Shown here: positions 14,710 to 22,217 of the stretch, in pieces
Layout of the letters: each line of letters starts with the position of its first letter
How positions within the stretch are numbered: position 1 is the first letter of the stretch
Notes under the pieces: model-generated
What the model saw: only the letters and a program-made list of their open reading frames with translations
The model's database searches: none
What the model was told of the DNA's origin: nothing
Source of the DNA: an uncultured Thermoplasmatales archaeon
GTDB taxonomy: Archaea; Thermoplasmatota; E2; UBA202; DSCA01
Assembly: GCA_964514975.1 (NCBI GenBank)
Contig: CAZESS010000024.1
Span: forward strand, 1-26,534
DNA: 26,534 bases
Direction of reading: 5' to 3'
Program-made: the position numbers and the translations under genes

Positions 14710-16002
14710 ATGCAGGACGACCGGCGCATGCTCCTCAAGTTCTCCGCCTACGGGTTCCTCAAAAACCTGCGCTTCTTCGAGCCCTTCCTCTACCTTTTCT
14801 TTCTTGCCAGCGGGCTCTCCTACCTGGAAATCGGCACGCTTATCTCCATCCGAGAGATATCGGTCCTCCTCCTCGAAATACCCACGGGCATCGTCGCCGA
14901 CCTGACAGGACGGCGGCGGGCCATGATAGCCGCCTTCGGCGCCTACATCACCTCATTCAGCATATTTTACCTGTTCAACGGCTTCACCCTGTTCATCCCG
15001 GCTATGCTGCTGTTCGCCGCAGGCGAGGCATTCCGCTCCGGCACCCACAAGGCCATGATCATGACACATCTCGATACAGAAAACATGGCCGACAAAAAGG
15101 TCGCCTACTACGGCATCACCCGTTCCGCCTCCCGTCTCGGCTCCGCCATATCCGCGCTGCTCGCCGGAATACTCGTCTACCTATGGCAGGGCTACAACGT
15201 CATCTTCGCGGTCAGCATCATTCCCTACCTGCTGGGCATGGCGCTCATGCTGACCTATCCCCGGGAGCTCGACGGCGACCTCTCGGGACGGACGCTCGCC
15301 GATCTGTGGAGCCATGTATCTGACAGCTTCAGGCAGCTCATCCGGCGACCCAGCCTCCTCAGAATGGTCGCCAACGCCGCCATCTACGACGGCTTTTTCA
15401 AGATATCAAAGGACTATCTATCGCCAATGGTCGAACTCTTCGCCGTTTCACTTCCCGCGCTGCTGTTCATCGAAACGGCAACGCAGCGCACCGCCATCCT
15501 GGTCGGCGTGGTCTACTTTTTCGTCTACCTCAACAGCTTCGGTTCCTCCCAAAAATCCGCAGCGGTGATGCACCGCGTCGGCAACCTGCCCCGGACGCTC
15601 AACCTGCTGTTCTTCACGTTCGCCGGGCTGTTCCTGGCTGCAGCACTCTTCCTCTACGTCGACGTGCTGCTGCTGTCTATTGCCGCCGTGTTCTTTTTCT
15701 TTTCGCTCTACAACCTCCGCAAGCCCCTGGTCGTCGGCTACCTGGGCGACCGCATCGCCCCACAGCAGCGAGCCACCCTGCTCAGCACGCACAACCAGCT
15801 GCGCTCCGTCGCAGGCATGGTCATCGCCCCGGTGCTGGGCTTTTTTGCAGACCGATATGGCATCAGCGCCGCCTTCGCCGCCGGATGCGTGCTGCTGTTC
15901 ATCGCGGGAGCCGTGCTCTTCATCAAGGAGGACGAATGGCAAAAACCTATATGCCCCTGCGGCATTTCTGATATAATATGCCATTTAAAAAATCGAAGCT
16001 GA
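14710..16002 (+). CDS. MFS transporter
   Basis: EIPTGIVADLTGRRR (motif A), GEAFRSGT, GFFADRYG and many TM segments. Start at ATG 14710 after TTTATTAA. The 3' end overlaps egsA. Confidence 0.9.
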   Translation: MQDDRRMLLKFSAYGFLKNLRFFEPFLYLFFLASGLSYLEIGTLISIREISVLLLEIPTGIVADLTGRRRAMIAAFGAYITSFSIFYLFNGFTLFIPAMLLFAAGEAFRSGTHKAMIMTHLDTENMADKKVAYYGITRSASRLGSAISALLAGILVYLWQGYNVIFAVSIIPYLLGMALMLTYPRELDGDLSGRTLADLWSHVSDSFRQLIRRPSLLRMVANAAIYDGFFKISKDYLSPMVELFAVSLPALLFIETATQRTAILVGVVYFFVYLNSFGSSQKSAAVMHRVGNLPRTLNLLFFTFAGLFLAAALFLYVDVLLLSIAAVFFFFSLYNLRKPLVVGYLGDRIAPQQRATLLSTHNQLRSVAGMVIAPVLGFFADRYGISAAFAAGCVLLFIAGAVLFIKEDEWQKPICPCGISDIICHLKNRS

Positions 16003-17036
16003 TGGAGTTCCCCAGGGACGTCATCGCCGGGCACAACGTCATCGATGAAATCGTTGACCTCTGTGAAAAGGTAAACCTGGGGACCCATCCGCTCGTGGTG
16101 CACGACGAAACAACCAAGGAGCTCGCCGGCGACACCATCATCAACATTTTGCAGGATCACGACTACGTGGTGGACGACGTCACCGTGGGACAGGCCACCA
16201 TGGACGAGGTAAACCTCGTGCAGCAGCACGCCACCAAATGGGGCATCGAATCCCTTATCGCTGTCGGGGGCGGCACCGTCATCGACATCGCCAAGCTCGC
16301 CTCGTTCAACTACGGCGTCCCCTTCATCAGCGTGCCAACCGCCGCCTCCCATGACGGCATCGCATCGCCCCGCGCCTCCATCAAGGAGGATCAGGGCTCC
16401 GTGTCCAAGCAGGCGCGCTCCCCGGTCGCGGTGCTTGCAGACACGGCCATCATCTCCAAGGCACCCTACCGGATGCTTGCATCGGGCTGCGCCGACGTCA
16501 TGTCCAACCTGACCTCGATCATGGACTGGCAGCTCGCCTGGCGCCTCAAACGGGAATACTACAGCTCGTTCGCCGTCGCGCTTGCTGAGACTGCTGCCAA
16601 CCTGCTGATGGAAAACGCAGAGTACATCAAGCCGGGTATCGAGGAGTCCTCCTGGATAGCGGTGAAATCCATGATCGTATCAGGGGTGGCGATGTCCGTC
16701 GCCAACTCGTCGAGACCGGCGAGCGGCGCCGAGCACATGTTCAGCCATGCGCTGGACAGCATCGCACCGGGCAAGTCGATGCACGGGGAGCAGTGCGGCG
16801 TGGGCTCCATCATGATGATGTACCTGCACGGCGGCGACTGGAAGGGCTTCCGGAAGGCATTGAAAAAAATTGGGGCGCCGACGACGGCGCGGGAGCTCGG
16901 CGTGTCAGAGGAGGAAGTGATAAAGGCGCTGCTGATGGCGCAGAAGGTCCGCCCGCAGCGCTACACCATCCTGGGCGCCGATGGCCTGTCGGCGGATGCG
17001 GCGGAGCATCTCGTGAAGATAACGGGGGTGGCCTGA
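15978..17036 (+). CDS. egsA: NAD(P)-dependent glycerol-1-phosphate dehydrogenase
   Basis: GGGTVIDIAK, PTAASHDGIASP, SSRPASGAEHMFSHALD, HGEQCG, RYTILG. Confidence 0.96.
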   Translation: MPFKKSKLMEFPRDVIAGHNVIDEIVDLCEKVNLGTHPLVVHDETTKELAGDTIINILQDHDYVVDDVTVGQATMDEVNLVQQHATKWGIESLIAVGGGTVIDIAKLASFNYGVPFISVPTAASHDGIASPRASIKEDQGSVSKQARSPVAVLADTAIISKAPYRMLASGCADVMSNLTSIMDWQLAWRLKREYYSSFAVALAETAANLLMENAEYIKPGIEESSWIAVKSMIVSGVAMSVANSSRPASGAEHMFSHALDSIAPGKSMHGEQCGVGSIMMMYLHGGDWKGFRKALKKIGAPTTARELGVSEEEVIKALLMAQKVRPQRYTILGADGLSADAAEHLVKITGVA

Positions 17037-17040
17037 TACC

Positions 17041-17460
17041 ATGACGTTTGTGACGCTCATCGGAAAGAAACTGGCGCACGAGGGAGCCGAGTTCGTCTAT
17101 GTCGGCGTGCCCTCGCGGTGTCGGGACTGCCGGCTGAAAACGGTCTGCTCGAACCCCAAGGAGGGGCGACGGTACCGCATCACGGAGGTGCGGGGCAAGC
17201 ACCATGACTGCGAGCTGCACGACGAGGGCGTCGTCCCGGTGGAGATAGAGCAGCTGCCCATCGAGACCACGATTCCCAGCGAGGGAACAAAGGGCACCGA
17301 GGTCACCTACCATGAGGTGGAATGCAACAACATCGGCTGCGAGCGCTACGACATCTGCCATCCCGGAGTGACAGAAAAAAAATACCGCATCCTCGAGGTT
17401 CTCGACGACGTCGACTGCCCGGAGGGCTACGACCTGAAACTGGTGCTGCTGGACGACTGA
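17041..17460 (+). CDS. UPF0179 family protein
   Basis: VTLIG..LA..G.EF, C.DCRLK.VC, G..Y.I..VR, H.C.LH, V..VE, terminal CP.G..L; commonly adjacent to egsA. Confidence 0.88.
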   Translation: MTFVTLIGKKLAHEGAEFVYVGVPSRCRDCRLKTVCSNPKEGRRYRITEVRGKHHDCELHDEGVVPVEIEQLPIETTIPSEGTKGTEVTYHEVECNNIGCERYDICHPGVTEKKYRILEVLDDVDCPEGYDLKLVLLDD

Positions 17461-17486
17461 CGCAGCATGCGTTAAATTTAGCAATA

Positions 17487-17494
17487 TTTATATA
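17487..17494 (+). promoter_or_regulatory. TATA box for the 40-aa ORF (and possibly nurA-herA)
   Basis: TTTATATA within AATATTTATATA, the same 12-mer as at 5873-5884; starts 29 nt before ATG 17516. Confidence 0.65.
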
Positions 17495-17515
17495 TCGCTC
17501 CCTTGATTATCAGAT

Positions 17516-17638
17516 ATGCAGGGATGGGAACACATCGGCACCTTTGGGAGAACGTTCCAGATGTACAGCAAGGGCGAGCAGCGGCGCATCATCGACCAGA
17601 AGGGCCACGTCGTCGTCGAATACGACATGAGGACATAA
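17516..17638 (+). CDS. hypothetical 40-aa microprotein (not in ORF track)
   Basis: MQGWEHIGTFGRTFQMYSKGEQRRIIDQKGHVVVEYDMRT. GC-rich third positions, correctly spaced TATA box, and it fills the UPF0179-nurA gap. Confidence 0.65.
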   Translation: MQGWEHIGTFGRTFQMYSKGEQRRIIDQKGHVVVEYDMRT

Positions 17639-17662
17639 ATACCTTTTTCCGTTACCACCGGC

Positions 17663-18646
17663 ATGATGGAACAGCAGGCGCTCCAGCACGTGCTCTCCAC
17701 GCTGCGCCATGTGGTGCAATGCAGCAATCGGTTCAGCGGCGAGATAACCGTGGCCCTTGACGCGGGCTCGTTCACGGCCGACCTGTCACCGGAGTATTTC
17801 ATGTCGCTCCAGCCCGCAGATGCCGGCATCGTCGCGGCTATTGACGGAAGCTCCTGCCGGGCGCTCGACGGACTGTCGTTTGTGGTGTCGCTCAGCCGTG
17901 CTGCCGGCGTGACCGCTGGCATGGACGAGATACATGCCACCAGGACAACGGACGTCCGGGCTGTGGCGCTGTCACGGGAGACCATGGAGGACATGTTCCT
18001 GGACGCCTACGGGGAGCTGTCCGACGTGCAGCCGACATCGCTGCCTGATACGCTGGAGGATACAGCGGCGTCGCTGCGCGACCTCCGGGAGCAGGCCATG
18101 GCCCGGGAGATGATCGAGCAGCTTAACGCGGGCGACCTGTGCCTGCTGGACGGCGCCCTGCATGGCAACCGGTGGCTGCAGCCCGTCGTCGACGGCACGT
18201 GCAGGCTGGCCGCCGAGCGCAACGTTCACCTGGCATCGGTGTCGAAGCGGAGCGATCTCGCCGCGGGAGGGATGCCATTGCTGTACTGGATGACACGCCA
18301 GGGCAACGCGGTGCTGCCCGGGCAGCGGTGGCTGTATCCGTTGTGCCCGGAGCGGGGCATGTATGTGGCGCGGCTGCATCCCGCCGCCCGGCATGTGTTC
18401 CGGGTCGACGTCAGCCCGCACGTGGAAACGCCGGAGGTCGTACTGCGGCGGCTTGCCGCGCTGTCCGACGACGTCGCCACCCTGGGCTATCCGTATCCGC
18501 TGGCAGCAGCGCACCGGGCCGTGGTGCTCAGCGCGGACGAGGTGTCCTACTGGCGACGGCGGCTGCGCGAGCGGGCGATGGACGCGGGCTTTTCCCATGA
18601 CGACTGGGAGGGATTGTTTTATGACTACCATGTGTATTTAGAGTGA
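17663..18646 (+). CDS. nurA: NurA family 5'-3' nuclease
   Basis: AAIDGSS, LLDGAL, VSKRS, FRVD, GYPYPLAAAH motifs; directly upstream of herA. Confidence 0.88.
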   Translation: MMEQQALQHVLSTLRHVVQCSNRFSGEITVALDAGSFTADLSPEYFMSLQPADAGIVAAIDGSSCRALDGLSFVVSLSRAAGVTAGMDEIHATRTTDVRAVALSRETMEDMFLDAYGELSDVQPTSLPDTLEDTAASLRDLREQAMAREMIEQLNAGDLCLLDGALHGNRWLQPVVDGTCRLAAERNVHLASVSKRSDLAAGGMPLLYWMTRQGNAVLPGQRWLYPLCPERGMYVARLHPAARHVFRVDVSPHVETPEVVLRRLAALSDDVATLGYPYPLAAAHRAVVLSADEVSYWRRRLRERAMDAGFSHDDWEGLFYDYHVYLE

Positions 18647-18650
18647 TAGT

Positions 18651-20168
18651 ATGCTGGGACGAATCATCGGCAACAATGTCACCGAAATCGTGTTTCGCTG
18701 CCCCTACAGCCGGGAGGTCACCCTGGGCGAGATCGTGGTCGCCGACGACATGGAACGGGATGCCCGCTTCTTCCTGCGGGTGGTCGATCTCCGCTACGGT
18801 CAGGAGGGCTCCGACCGATGGGGGCTCCGCACCGCCGGGGAGATGCTCGCGCTCGACGACGCGGAGCAGCAGTACCGGATGCGGGACAAGGAACGCCGAC
18901 TGTTCAAGCTGGCGGTCTGCGCACCGTTGGGCATGCTCCATGACGGCTGCTTCGAGCGGCCCAGGATGCTGCCCGCGCATTTTTCCAGGGTGCGACGCGC
19001 CGAGGCGGACGACTACGCCTTCCTTGAGCAGCAGATGGGCGACATCGAGGTCGGACGGCTGCGCAGCGGCCAGCAGGACATCGACGTCTGCGTGGCCGTC
19101 AAGGGGTCACTGCTGTCCCATCATGTTGGCATATTCGCGACCACGGGCATGGGCAAGAGCAACCTGATGCGCGTGTTCGCGGCCTCGGTCATGCGGCAGG
19201 GCCGGTATGGCCTGCTCATCGTCGACCCGCATGGCGAATACTATGACGGCGGCGGCGCGGGCAGGGGGCTCCGCCATCATCCTCTAGCGGAGCGGTCGCT
19301 GGCCGTCTACTCGCCGCACCGCCTGCAGGGACCGCACACCACGCTGCAGCTCGCCGCCACCGAGATAACCGTCGGGGACGTCCAGAACATTTTTTCGTTT
19401 TCGGATGCACAGCGCGATGGCCTGTACGCGCTGCAGGGACGCTACCGGGAGCGCTGGCTGCTCAGGCTCGCCCGGATGGGCATCGACGAGCTGGCGGAGG
19501 CGTTCAGCCAGAAGATACACGAGTCGACGTTCGGGGTGCTCCAGCGCCGGGCGGAGCGCATCCTGTCCTCAGGCATCGTGCACACCGACGAGAGCGTGGC
19601 GGTGACCGACGACGTGCTGGCACGGCTGCGACAGGGGATGACGGTGCTCGTTGACACCTCGGGGCTGTACGAGTACGAGGAGCTCCTGGTCAGCGTCGTC
19701 CTGGCGCGGCGCATCCTGAACTGCTACAAGGGCCTCTACCGGGACCGGGAGCGCTTCCGGGAGCTGCCGCCGGTGCTCATCACGATGGAGGAGGCACAGC
19801 GCGTGCTCCGTGAACGGCAGGGGGCATTTGCACGAATCGCCCGCGAAGGCAGGAAATTCAAGGTCGGTCTGTGCGCCATCACCCAGCAACCCCGCCTGAT
19901 ACAGGAGGAATTGCTCTCCCAGTTCAACACGTTTTTCATCCTCGGGCTGGCCGACGAATCCGACCGAAATGTCATCAAGAGCTCGGCGAAGCAGGACCTC
20001 TCCAAGCTCGAAAAGGAGATACAGACCCTGGAGGCCGGCGAGGCGCTGATAACCTATCCCGGGGCGCCGTTTGCCATCCCCACGAAAATCCACTGGTATG
20101 ACGACTATCTCGAGGATATCGACGCGCCGGCGCGGCAGACCTCCCGGCTGGACGAGGATTTTTTCTGA
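18651..20168 (+). CDS. herA: HerA family ATPase/DNA translocase (HAS barrel + DUF87)
   Basis: N-terminal HAS-barrel-like region, HVGIFATTGMGKSN (Walker A), IVDPHGEY, MEEAQR (Walker B), IAREGRKF, ITQQP. Confidence 0.9.
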   Translation: MLGRIIGNNVTEIVFRCPYSREVTLGEIVVADDMERDARFFLRVVDLRYGQEGSDRWGLRTAGEMLALDDAEQQYRMRDKERRLFKLAVCAPLGMLHDGCFERPRMLPAHFSRVRRAEADDYAFLEQQMGDIEVGRLRSGQQDIDVCVAVKGSLLSHHVGIFATTGMGKSNLMRVFAASVMRQGRYGLLIVDPHGEYYDGGGAGRGLRHHPLAERSLAVYSPHRLQGPHTTLQLAATEITVGDVQNIFSFSDAQRDGLYALQGRYRERWLLRLARMGIDELAEAFSQKIHESTFGVLQRRAERILSSGIVHTDESVAVTDDVLARLRQGMTVLVDTSGLYEYEELLVSVVLARRILNCYKGLYRDRERFRELPPVLITMEEAQRVLRERQGAFARIAREGRKFKVGLCAITQQPRLIQEELLSQFNTFFILGLADESDRNVIKSSAKQDLSKLEKEIQTLEAGEALITYPGAPFAIPTKIHWYDDYLEDIDAPARQTSRLDEDFF

Positions 20169-20197
20169 GGGGGCTGCACGGCAAGCATGTCGGCGTC

Positions 20198-20221
20198 GCC
20201 GCCCGCCTGCTAACGGGCGGC
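20198..20221 (+). terminator. GC-rich hairpin downstream of herA (possible terminator or RNA structure)
   Basis: GCCGCCCG-cctgctaa-CGGGCGGC perfect 8-bp stem. Confidence 0.35.
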
Positions 20222-20267
20222 TGCAGCGAAAGGGCTAACCTTTTATGGCCGTGCCGCAATCAGGGCC

Positions 20268-20948
20268 GTGGCCAGCGAATGGAACGTCATCGCCGAGAGC
20301 TTCGACGAAACACGACGGCATCCCTGGCGGGAATGCCTGGACTTTATCGAGACGCAAAAAGGCGTCGCGCTGGACGTCGGCTGTGGCAACGGCCGCCATC
20401 TCATGCCGCTCGCCCGGCGCTGCAGCCGGGTCATCGGCCTGGACAGCGCACCGGCGATGGTCTCCATCGCACGGCAAAACGTGCAGGAGCACGACCTCGA
20501 CAACGTTGCCGTCATGGTCGCGGATGCGACATCACTTCCCATTGTGGCCAACGTTGCTGACTGCGCGCTGTTCATCGCCGCCCTGCATAACATCAGGGGG
20601 CGTGGCAGGCGTATCGCCGCGCTGTCTGAGCTCCATCGCGTCCTCAAGCCCTGTGGGAGCGCATTCATATCGGTGTGGTCGAAATGGCAGGACCGCTTCC
20701 GCATGCGCTCGCTAAGGCAGCTGCTCACACCATGGCAAACGGCCGGCAATATCATGGTGCCATGGAAAAAAAACGGCATGCACGTCGAGCGCTTCTATCA
20801 TCTCTATGGCTGGCGGGAGCTCCGTCGTGACATCCACCGGGCCGGTCTTCACATCACGAGGTTGTGGAGCGCCCGTAAGGCGTCGGAGCGCCATCCCGAC
20901 AACCATTTTGCGGTGGTCACAAAAGCGGGAGCAGCAGCCAGAGAATGA
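20268..20948 (+). CDS. class I SAM methyltransferase, Trm9/ALKBH8-MT-like
   Basis: IAESFDETRRHPW, LDVGCGNGR, IAALHNI...RR..AL.ELHRVLKP.G..FISVW, VPWK, RFYHLY resemble Trm9-type motifs. GTG start after TTTTAT. Confidence 0.8.
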   Translation: MASEWNVIAESFDETRRHPWRECLDFIETQKGVALDVGCGNGRHLMPLARRCSRVIGLDSAPAMVSIARQNVQEHDLDNVAVMVADATSLPIVANVADCALFIAALHNIRGRGRRIAALSELHRVLKPCGSAFISVWSKWQDRFRMRSLRQLLTPWQTAGNIMVPWKKNGMHVERFYHLYGWRELRRDIHRAGLHITRLWSARKASERHPDNHFAVVTKAGAAARE

Positions 20949-21294
20949 CGGCGGCGGCGATGCCGACGACCAGGAGCACAAGCGCCAGGGTTTTGTCATT
21001 GGAAATGACGATGGGAATGGGGCCGATGAGGACGAGCCCACCGGCTTTTTTCTCCGTCTGCCATTTTTTGTGATGTCCGGGGGCTATCTGGCCGGGGTCT
21101 CCTGATGACATGGAAAACATAAACGCGACGATGGACAGAAAGATGAGGGCGACGCCGAGCAGCATCAACCAGCCGCTGCCGGCAACAAATGGAAACACGA
21201 TGAAGATGCCGGCCTGCCCTTCGCCGGTGGCGACGGCTGCGATGAGACAGGTGAGGCCGCCGAGGAACAAAACAAGGGGCAGTCTACGTGCCAT
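20917..21294 (-). CDS. DUF131/TIGR00304 family membrane protein
   Basis: GGLVLIGPIPIV signature with flanking TM helices. Confidence 0.85.
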   Translation of the reverse strand: MARRLPLVLFLGGLTCLIAAVATGEGQAGIFIVFPFVAGSGWLMLLGVALIFLSIVAFMFSMSSGDPGQIAPGHHKKWQTEKKAGGLVLIGPIPIVISNDKTLALVLLVVGIAAAVILWLLLPLL

Positions 21295-22156
21295 ATCGCC
21301 GCTGCCGTTTCTGGTAGGACTGGATGACGTTCAGGAAATCGGTTTTTTTCATCGCCGGCCAGTAGACGTCGGAAAAATAGAGCTCGGCGTAGGCGAGCTG
21401 CCAGAGCAAAAAATTGGAGATGCGTTCCTCGCCCGAGGTGCGCAGGATGAGGTCCGGGTCGGGGCTGTCCGCCGTATAGAGATACGACGAGATGAGGTCT
21501 TTTTGTACCTCGCCGGGGTCAACCTCGCCGTTTTTGACATCCTCTGCTATCTGCCGGACTGCCTCCACGATTTCCTCGCGCCCGCCGTAGCCGATGGCGA
21601 TGTTGAAATAATGCTGCTCATGGCCCCGGGTTGCCTCCTCCGCCATGGCGGCGGCCTCGACGACGTCGTCGGGCAGCACGTCTGTTTCCCCGATGACCCT
21701 CACCCGGATTTCGTGTTCATGGATGCGCTCGTCTTCGGCCAGCCTTCGCAGGTCCTGAGCGAACAGGTTCATCAGGTGCTCAACCTCCCCGGGTGAGCGC
21801 TTGAAGTTGTCCGTGGAGAAGGCGAAGACGGTCAGCCCCTCGATGCCCACCTCGTGGCACCATTCGACGACTTCCTCGAGCTTGGAGCCGCCGATGCGGT
21901 GGCCCTCCTGCGGGGAGAGCCCTTCCTCGAAGGCGTAGCGGCGGTTGCCGTCCATGATCACGGCGAGATGGCGGGGTACCGGGTACTGCCGGATGTCCTC
22001 CATCATTTTTTTGGCGCGGATGCGCTGCATCTCCTGCCGGACGAGCCGGAACAGCTTGTTCTGCTTGATGGTATGGATGACGCCTCGGGCGAAATCGGTC
22101 TCTATCGCCCGTTCGCCCAGTTGCTCCACGCGCTTCCGCACCGCGTCCGTCTTCAT
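21284..22156 (-). CDS. uppS: polyprenyl diphosphate synthase (cis-prenyltransferase)
   Basis: HLAVIMDGNRRYA, FAFSTDNFKR, YGGREEI, RTSGEERISNFLLWQ, RQRRYG. Probable start MKTDAV at 22156. Confidence 0.95.
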   Translation of the reverse strand: MKTDAVRKRVEQLGERAIETDFARGVIHTIKQNKLFRLVRQEMQRIRAKKMMEDIRQYPVPRHLAVIMDGNRRYAFEEGLSPQEGHRIGGSKLEEVVEWCHEVGIEGLTVFAFSTDNFKRSPGEVEHLMNLFAQDLRRLAEDERIHEHEIRVRVIGETDVLPDDVVEAAAMAEEATRGHEQHYFNIAIGYGGREEIVEAVRQIAEDVKNGEVDPGEVQKDLISSYLYTADSPDPDLILRTSGEERISNFLLWQLAYAELYFSDVYWPAMKKTDFLNVIQSYQKRQRRYGT

Positions 22157-22217
22157 GCTACATCTGCTATACCTGCCCGGTCTTAAAACCTTTTGTGTCC
22201 ATCGCCGGGTGCATGCC

